Assembly (NCBI RefSeq): GCF_006345805.1
Contig: NW_021829052.1
Span: forward strand, 1 to 6,994
Reading direction: 5' to 3'
Source of the DNA: Octopus sinensis
Taxonomy: Eukaryota
Length of the DNA stretch: 6,994 bases
Part shown: positions 1 through 6,492 of the stretch, one piece after another
Numbering within the stretch: the first letter of the stretch is position 1
Layout: every line of letters begins with the position of its first letter
Position numbers and translations under genes: made by a program
The notes under the pieces: model-generated
Databases searched by the model: none
The model's input: only the letters and a program-made list of their open reading frames with translations
Told to the model about the DNA's origin: nothing

Positions 1-146
1 GGGGGGTGGGGTGGGGTACTTTGTTGAAGGGTTGCGAAAGGGTGAGCACATGGTATTCGTTAAATCGGGTGGTGTGATGGCTGTTTGCTTAACCTAATGC
101 TCCGAGTACAAGGCAGGCGCATGCGCATAAATATACATACGTACAC

Positions 147-148
147 GT

Positions 149-190
<42 letters not shown>
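147..190. repeat. (GT)n microsatellite
   Basis: Near-perfect GT dinucleotide run with one TT interruption. Confidence 0.97.
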
Positions 191-191
<1 letters not shown>

Positions 192-215
192 TATCTGTCT
201 ATCTGTATGGTTAAG

Positions 216-362
216 GAAGAGTGAGGAAGAGTGAGGGAAGGAGAGAGAGGGAAGGAGGGTGGGAGAGAGAGGGAGGGGAGAGAGAGAGGGAAGGAGAGGC
301 AGGGAGAGAGAAGAATGGAGAAAGAAAGAGGGAGAGAGAGAGAAGGAGGAAAGCGAGTGAGA
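216..362. repeat. GA-rich polypurine low-complexity tract
   Basis: Almost exclusively G/A on the + strand (GAGG/GAGA/GGAAG motifs). Confidence 0.9.
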
Positions 363-385
363 GTCTGTTTTATAGAAATATTTAT

Positions 386-386
<1 letters not shown>

Positions 387-462
<76 letters not shown>

Positions 463-552
463 AGATAAAGATAGATAGATAGATAGATAGATAGAAGATG
501 ATGGATAGATAGACAGATAGATTAGATAGATTAGATAGATAGATAGATAGAT

Positions 553-606
<54 letters not shown>

Positions 607-683
607 CAAATAGATGAAAGATAGATAGATAGATTAGATAGATAGATAGATAGATAGATAGAGAAGATAGATAGATAATAGAT

Positions 684-747
<64 letters not shown>

Positions 748-773
748 ATAGATAGGTAGATAGAATAGATAGA

Positions 774-830
<57 letters not shown>

Positions 831-840
831 GATAGATAGA
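387..840. repeat. Compound tetranucleotide microsatellite (CAGA)11 followed by imperfect (TAGA)n
   Basis: CAGA x11 at 387-430, then about 410 bp of GATA repeats with single-base indels. Source of the 'LSIYLSIY' pseudo-ORFs. Confidence 0.97.
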
Positions 841-877
841 CAAAGAGAAAGAGAGAGACAGTGAGAGAGGCAGACAG

Positions 878-1003
878 ACATACACTCGAACACGCACGCA
901 AACACACATACACACTGGAACATGCACACACCCTCGGGAACATTTATACGCACACACTTACACACACATACATGTATGTATATAATTATGTATACATGCA
1001 CAC
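878..1003. repeat. Degenerate (CA)n/(TA)n purine-pyrimidine alternating tract
   Basis: CACACA/TATGTA runs interrupted by short unique patches. Confidence 0.7.
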
Positions 1004-1192
1004 AGCAATATAATCACGTGTTTAGGGCATCAAGAGGAAAGAAATGGCGGGGAGCACCACAGAAATGGTAAATGGTGTACGGCACAAAAGAAATCACTTT
1101 AAAATTGCTCAAATAATCTTCAAAGAGGTTTATATGATTGGAAATATAATTTTAAAGTGTTCATGGTGTCACAGTGAGGATCTGATCAAAGA

Positions 1193-1342
1193 CTGTGTGG
1201 TAAGTAGCTTGTTTACCAACCACATGGATTCGGGTTCAGTCCCACTGCGTGGCACCTTGGGCAAGTGTCTTCTACTATAGCCTCGTGCCGACCAAAGCCT
1301 TGTGAGAGGATTTGGTAGACGGAAACTGAAAGAAGCTCGTCG

Positions 1343-1402
<60 letters not shown>

Positions 1403-1609
1403 TGTGTCTGTGTTTGTACCCCAACATCGCTTGACAACCGATGCTGGTGTGTTTACGTCCCCGTAACTTAGCAAGTTCGGCAAAAGAGACCAATAGAATA
1501 AGTACTAGGCTTACAAAGAATAAGTCCTGGGGTCGATTTGCTCCAGCATGGCCGCAGTCAAATGACTGAAACAAGTAAAAGGGTAAAGAGTAAGAGTAGA
1601 GTAGAGTAG
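1193..1609 (+). mobile_element. tRNA-derived CORE-type SINE (octopus-type), slightly 5'-truncated, with internal (TA)n(TG)n microsatellite and (GAGTA)n-like tail
   Basis: Pol III B-box GGTTCAGTCCC at 1233-1243. The A-box is truncated here (CTGTGTGG) but intact in the second copy. CCTTGGGCAAGT at 1255-1266 matches the MIR/CORE motif. Internal microsatellite at 1343-1415. Tail GTAAAAGGGTAAAGAGTAAGAGTAGAGTAGAGTAG ends near 1609. Second copy at 2530-2681 aligns without gaps. Family and species assignment is from memory. Confidence 0.9.
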
Positions 1610-2514
1610 GAGAAAACTTTAAATTGAAATTACTTTATTTTCCATCTGAAGGCCAGCTTTGTTTCATTATGAAAAATAAATATCTATTTTATGGTTTATT
1701 GTTGTTTATATTTTGTATTACATTTGTATATGGGGACACCAAACGATTTTAAGTCCTTAGGGCATCTATGGGTCTTAATCCAGCCCTTCTACACACAACC
1801 GTCCCCTCTCAGATCTTTGGCCCTCTGCTCCTATCTGCACTCAGTTATCATGACTTGAAAAGCTTTCTCCATATTGGTTGGTTTTCTGGGTCTCATAACG
1901 AGGATCTCATCAAAGACTTTGTAATTAAAAAAAAATGCAGGAGAAAACTTCTTCAGATCTAAATAAAATGGAAGAATAAAAAAATAAACATTATTTTCCA
2001 TTTTTTGTTTCATTATGGAAAATAAAAGATTCATTTTATGGTTTATTATTGTTTATATTTTGAATTACATTTGTATATGGGGACACCAAACTATTTTAAG
2101 TGCTCAGGGCATCTATGGGTCTTAATCCAGCCCTTCTACGCACAATCGTCCCCGCCTCTCAGACCTTTGGCCCTCTGCTCCTATCTGAACTCAGTAATCG
2201 CAGTTATGACTGTTCATGGCTTTGGCATGACTTGAAAAGCTTTCTCCATATTGGTTGGGTTTTCCAGGTCTCATAATGCGGATCTCATCAAAGACCTTGT
2301 AATTAAAACAAGTATTAAGAAAACTTTTCAGATCTAAATAACGTGTAAGCATAGAAAACTAAACATTATTTCCCATCTTAATGTCCGTTTTGTTTCATTC
2401 TGAAAAATAAAAGTCTATTTAATGGTTTATTATTGTTTAGACTTCGAATTACATTTGTATATAGCGGCACCAAAATCTTTTGGGTGCTTAAGACCTCTGT
2501 GGGTCTTAATCCAG
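1608..2514. repeat. Degenerate tandem repeat, about 350-385 bp unit, roughly 2.5 copies (plus a remnant at about 1166-1194)
   Basis: Anchors recur: GTTTCATT at 1661/2007/2392; GGGTCTTAATCCAG at 1770/2117/2501; GGATCT(C/G)ATCAAAGAC at 1178/1902/2280. Confidence 0.92.
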
Positions 2515-2529
2515 TATTGTATACAAGGC

Positions 2530-2687
2530 TACGTCGAGCTTCTTTCAGTTTCTGTCTACCAAATCCACTCACAAGGCTTTGGTCGGCCCAAGGCTATGGT
2601 AGAAGACACTTGCCCAAGGTGCCACGCAGTGAGACTGAACCCGGAACTATGACGTTGGGAAGCAAGCTACTTACCACACAGCCACGC
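2530..2687 (-). mobile_element. SINE 5' half (tRNA-related head plus CORE-like body), same family as 1193-1609, inverted
   Basis: Reverse complement of 2530-2681 aligns ungapped to 1193-1344 with 14 mismatches in 152 (about 91%). A-box TGGCTGTGTGG at 2674-2684 and B-box GGTTCAGTCTC at 2631-2641 on the - strand. The copy stops where the internal microsatellite would begin. Confidence 0.93.
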
Positions 2688-2859
2688 TTACACATACGTT
2701 CATACATACATATATACATACATGCATATATACATACATAAATATATGTGTGTGTGTGTGTTTGTGTGTATGCATATCTGTGTATGTGTACATAAGATAT
2801 AAATGTATACATACATACATACGTATACACTCGCACCTGCACACCGATGTATATGTGTT

Positions 2860-2893
<34 letters not shown>

Positions 2894-3090
2894 ATATATA
2901 TTATATATATATATACACACATGAAAATATATATATAATATACATATATATAAGCATATATAGAAACATATGTATATATATGCACACATACATATATATA
3001 TATACATATACATACATTCATACATACATGTATATACGTATATATGTATGTATATATATATATATACACACCAACGCACGCGCATGCTTC
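2688..3090. repeat. Degenerate (TA)n/(CA)n/(TG)n microsatellite mosaic
   Basis: Alternating purine-pyrimidine low complexity, including long TATATA runs at about 2861-2914. Confidence 0.9.
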
Positions 3091-3196
3091 AACCCCACGT
3101 AGAACAAAAACAAATATAAAAAAAAGTTCTCTAACTTTCTTACCTGCGAATCCCCCCCTTTCTCTATTTCTCTTCCACCCCCTTACCACTACCACT

Positions 3197-3245
3197 ATTC
3201 CATTCTTTCTTTCTTTCTTTTTCTTTTCTCGTTTTCTTTTTTTCC

Positions 3246-3281
<36 letters not shown>

Positions 3282-3306
3282 TTCTTTCCGTTCCTCTTAT
3301 CTCTCT
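3197..3306. repeat. Polypyrimidine tract including (CTT)11
   Basis: CTT x11 at 3248-3280 within a C/T-rich stretch. Confidence 0.9.
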
Positions 3307-3417
3307 GTCAAGAATTCTGAGAGGTTTTTGTGCGAGGAGCGAAACCCTATACAGGTGGATTACCGGATTATCCATTCAGGATTTTAATCCTCTTCTCTCT
3401 ATCGTGAGGAGGTGACA

Positions 3418-3469
3418 GTGGTGGTGGTGGTAGTGGTGGTGGTGGTGGTCGTGGTGGTGGTGGGGGGGT
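3418..3469. repeat. (GGT)n trinucleotide microsatellite
   Basis: Imperfect GTG/GGT repeats. Confidence 0.9.
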
Positions 3470-3540
3470 GTAAAGAAGGACGGTTAGGGTTTGCTGTGGA
3501 GTGCGAGAAGGGGGAATGTCGAGAGTAGGAGAAAGAGACG

Positions 3541-3940
3541 TAGAGAGAGAGGGAGAGAGAGTAAGTGAGAGAGAGAGAGAGTAAATGAGAGAGAGAGTAA
3601 ATGAGAGAGAGGGACTAAGAGAGGAGAGAGAGTAAGAGAGAGAGAGTAAGTGAGAGAGAGAGTAAGTGAGAGAGAGAGTAAGTGAGAGAGAGAGTAAGTG
3701 AGAGAGAGAGTAAGTGAGAGAGAGAGTAAGAGAGAGGGTAAGAGAGAGGGAAGAAGATAAAGTGAGATGAGGAGTAGGTGGAGAGGGAGAGAGAGAGTAA
3801 GAGAGAGAGTAAGTGAGAGAGGGACTAAGAGAGAGAAAGTAAGAGAGAGAGTAAGAGAGAGGGTAAGAGAGAGAGAGAGAGTAAGAGAGAGAAAGAGAGG
3901 GTAAGAAAGACAGAGTAAGAGAGAGAGAGAGAAAGAGAGG
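3541..3940. repeat. GA-rich minisatellite, 14-16 bp unit GTAA(GT)GAGAGAGAGA
   Basis: GTAAGT recurs with an exact 16 bp period at 3646, 3662, 3678, 3694, 3710, with variants throughout. Confidence 0.9.
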
Positions 3941-3954
3941 GTGATGATCGCCGC

Positions 3955-4308
3955 ATATGCTTATACAAACGTGTATATGTGATCACCTACACACACATAT
4001 ATACACGCTTTTACATACACACATATACATATACACACACATATATATATATATATACATATGTATATATATATACATACACACATACGCACATATACGT
4101 ATATGTGTATATATGTGTATACGTATCTATTTATATATATATTTATGTATGTATGTGTGTGTGTATGCTGTGTGTGTTTATATACACATATGTATATATA
4201 AGATCCTACATATACATATATGGATGGTTGTGGGCTTATGCATGCAAACACATGCTTGTATATACACATATATACATACATACACGCATACATAAAAATG
4301 CACGAATG
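3955..4308. repeat. Degenerate (TA)n/(CA)n/(TG)n microsatellite mosaic
   Basis: ATATACACAT/ATATGTGT-type alternating runs. Confidence 0.88.
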
Positions 4309-4329
4309 TAATTGCTACAAATTTTCTTT

Positions 4330-4360
4330 GTGGTAGTAGTAGTAGTGGTAGTAGTAGTAA

Positions 4361-4403
<43 letters not shown>

Positions 4404-4458
4404 GGTGGTGGTGGTGGTGGTGGTGGTGGTGGTGATGATGATAGTAGTAGTAGTAGTA
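4330..4458. repeat. Compound trinucleotide microsatellite (GTA)n-(GTG)n-(GAT)n-(GTA)n
   Basis: In-phase switch between TAG, TGG and TGA triplets. Confidence 0.95.
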
Positions 4459-4463
4459 GATAA

Positions 4464-4508
<45 letters not shown>

Positions 4509-4730
4509 GATAGATAGATAGATAAATAGACTATCAGACAGACAGACAGACAGACAGGCAGGCAGGCAGGCAGTCAGACAGACAGACAGGCAGACAGATA
4601 GATAGATATAGATAGATAGATAAGATAGATAGATAGATAGAGAGACAGACAGACAGATATATAATATATATATATATATATAGAGAGAGAGAAGAGAGAG
4701 AGAGAGAGATAGATAGATAGATAGATTAGA

Positions 4731-4761
<31 letters not shown>

Positions 4762-4825
4762 TATATATAATATAATATATTATATATATATAGGTTATAG
4801 AGAGAGAGAGAGAGAGAGAGAGAGA

Positions 4826-4874
<49 letters not shown>

Positions 4875-4875
4875 C
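4458..4875. repeat. Compound microsatellite (GATA)n/(GACA)n/(GGCA)n/(TA)n/(GA)n
   Basis: Blocks read directly from the sequence. The block order repeats (see findings). Confidence 0.95.
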
Positions 4876-5368
4876 AAAGTACTTTATATATATAAATTAT
4901 GTATTTAACACCCATACACACATATAAGTGGAGAATCATGGGTAAATTTACGCCTTTATATAAATGAAACAAAGAGATGAAAGTTATGCGTAGCTGAAAG
5001 ATCACACATTCATTTTACATCCAAGAATTCCACCACACTTACTTAATTTCAGATCAGAAATTTTTAGCAAATGTAAGCACATGAGCAAATTTCTTTTGTC
5101 AAACTGAAAAACACCACCCGCTCCTGATCGAGTAGCTATGTAACAGACTTTGGCATCCTTTCTCTTATATTATTCTAGACTAGCTACATATCAATGATGG
5201 CTTCTGCAGTCAAATACGATGAAGAAATTGGTTTCCTTTCTTTTCTATCTTCTTGTTCCACTTTTTTCACCTCTTCTTTTTCTCATGCCTTCACATATAC
5301 CAGCGTCCTGGTTTTCAAAGACAAATTGTGTGCCCTGAACTTGCGATGCTTGGAGACCCATGCCATGT

Positions 5369-5387
5369 TATATATATATATATATAT
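5369..5387. repeat. (TA)n run, left boundary of the hammerhead cassette
   Basis: Perfect TA run. Confidence 0.95.
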
Positions 5388-5703
5388 CGATAGGTGAATG
5401 AATTATCCTATGTTTACCGTCAACATGGAAAATTCGATGAACCGATACCAGGGTAGCAAATTCACGTCAGAAACACGGTTGAAGCGCCCTGTCCAAGGGT
5501 AGAAAGTCTGGGTTCATGTGCAGAAATTTGTGTGTTATATATGAATAAATAAATAAATGGAGTTGAACGAAGATGTTAACAAAATTCCTTTACTCTCGAC
5601 ATATGTTTCGAAGACAACAAAGGAATAAACGGTGCAAGATGCAATCTTCTCATCAGGAAAGAAAGGGAGCCTCACTCAACAACAAGACACAACAAAATAT
5701 TTA

Positions 5704-5706
<3 letters not shown>
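5388..5706 (-). mobile_element. Candidate non-autonomous hammerhead-bearing retroelement (retrozyme or solo Penelope-like LTR), about 320 bp
   Basis: Complex, non-coding, hairpin-rich segment bounded by (TA)n on both sides and containing a type I hammerhead. Element class is inferred from established knowledge that minimal type I hammerheads occur in Penelope-like elements and metazoan retrozymes. Confidence 0.5.
5587..5666 (-). ncRNA. Type I hammerhead ribozyme (self-cleaving RNA motif), predicted cleavage after GUC between 5598 and 5597
   Basis: Minus strand reads CCUUUCUUUC-CUGAUGA-GAAGA-(30 nt)-UCUUC-GAAA-CAUAUGUC^GAGAGUAAAGG. Stem I is 10 bp (one G-U, one bulged U). Stem II is GAAGA/UCUUC with the conserved G10.1-C11.1 pair. 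Stem III is the palindrome ACAUAUGU. All core nucleotides and the NUH triplet are present in the correct order. Confidence 0.85.
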
Positions 5707-5742
<36 letters not shown>

Positions 5743-5750
5743 TATATATA
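5707..5750. repeat. (TA)n run, right boundary of the hammerhead cassette and TA target of the next element
   Basis: TA run with one AA interruption at about 5735. Confidence 0.95.
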
Positions 5751-5883
5751 CCGTAAATCCTCGAGTATAATCTGCATTTTTGTCCCAAAATTTAAAGGTC
5801 AAAATCCCTAGTGCGTACTATATACGAGATTAAAAATGAAAATTATTTTCTAAGCAATATCCGAGTGTATTTGCTATCCGGCA
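5751..5883 (+). mobile_element. Left terminus of a Tc1/mariner-superfamily (Tc2/pogo-like) DNA transposon or MITE, truncated
   Basis: TA|CCGTAAATCCTCGAGTATAATCTGCA resembles Tc2-type TIRs (CCGTA...CTCGAGTATAA) after a TA target. A subterminal inverted copy lies at 5812-5828 versus 5760-5776 (12/17). No matching right TIR in the window. The right boundary is approximate. Confidence 0.65.
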
Positions 5884-5885
5884 GT

Positions 5886-6023
5886 GAATGGAAACGATAC
5901 TGGCAGAGGTTTTCAATGTAGATGTCATTTATCTTGGCTTCCTTGAAGATCTTGACACAGTCGGCTGCAGATTCTGCTGAAGGGTCTGTCTGTAATTGAA
6001 GTGGAAACCCTTTTGCATATAAA
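5886..6023 (+). pseudogene. Decayed CR1/L2-type LINE reverse transcriptase fragment
   Basis: 5888-5962 translates METILAEVFNVDVIYLGFLEDLDTV, matching the CR1/L2 RT motif (W..iLdeG..VDVIYLDFxKAFDTV). Frameshifted continuations ILLK and GN-LL resemble the following 'LL.KL..yGi.GnLL.WI'. Stops and frameshifts are present. Confidence 0.65.
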
Positions 6024-6120
6024 CCGGTTACATCAGATCCGAATATTCTGTTTTTACGTTTAAAGAAAAAAACCCGCCGTGTTATTTTTCTCACACTTAC
6101 CACACAATGTCTTTCTAAAA

Positions 6121-6461
6121 TGGTGGCGGGAATAATGGAGGTGATGAAGATGGTGGTGGTGGTGAGGGTGGTGGTATGCGGGTGATGGTGGTGGGGGAGG
6201 AAATGGGTGTGTAAGTAGTAGTGATGGAGATGTCCCTGGCAGAGACGGCGGCGGCGGCGGCGGCGGAGGTGGTGGTAGTGGTGGTGATGATGGTTACAGT
6301 AGTGGTGATGGTGGTGGTACTGGTACTGGTGATGATGGTGGTGGTGGTGGTGGTGGTGGTTCTAGTGCTGATGATGATGACGGTGGTGACAGTGTTGGTG
6401 GAGGTAGTGGAGATAGTGGTAGTGGTTGCGGTGGTGGTCGTGTCGGTGTTATTGGTGATGA

Positions 6462-6492
<31 letters not shown>

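Noticed and set aside
117-135. GCGCATGCGC palindrome (NRF1-like) followed by ATAAATA
   Set aside because: Sits at the edge of an alternating purine-pyrimidine repeat where such words arise easily (similar at about 3076-3086). No CpG island or downstream exon.
191-1001. Long ORFs up to 250 aa (LSIYLSIY, QTDR, ERE)
   Set aside because: Translations of GATA/GACA/GA microsatellites lacking stops in some frames. No protein-like complexity.
1194-1250. tRNA gene
   Set aside because: Only A/B-box-like motifs with no cloverleaf. It continues into SINE body sequence.
1044-1574. ORFs of 74-104 aa across the SINE
   Set aside because: They run through SINE head and microsatellite sequence, and the same peptides recur at the second SINE copy (2422-2741).
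1949-1960. CTGAAGA on the minus strand as a second hammerhead core
   Set aside because: No stem II followed by GAAA and no NUH/stem I geometry around it.
1608-2514. CRISPR-like or gene-duplication array
   Set aside because: Units are long, degenerate and lack unique spacers. Small ORFs are not conserved between copies, and the context is eukaryotic.
3516-3527. ATGTCGAGAGTA, identical to 12 nt spanning the hammerhead cleavage site (possible trans target)
   Set aside because: Several 12-mer matches are expected by chance in 7 kb of GA-rich sequence, and it lies on the opposite strand from the ribozyme.
2594-4311. ORFs rich in YI/HT/CV/RRRR
   Set aside because: Dinucleotide and trinucleotide repeat read-throughs.
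4236-5005. 213 aa and 143 aa minus-strand ORFs
   Set aside because: Microsatellite translations (poly-T, LSIY).
5920-5970. Minus-strand peptide DCVKIFKEAKINDIYI resembling the dCMP-deaminase PCxxC helix
   Set aside because: The first Cys of PCxxC and the HxE motif are absent. The plus strand is better explained as LINE RT.
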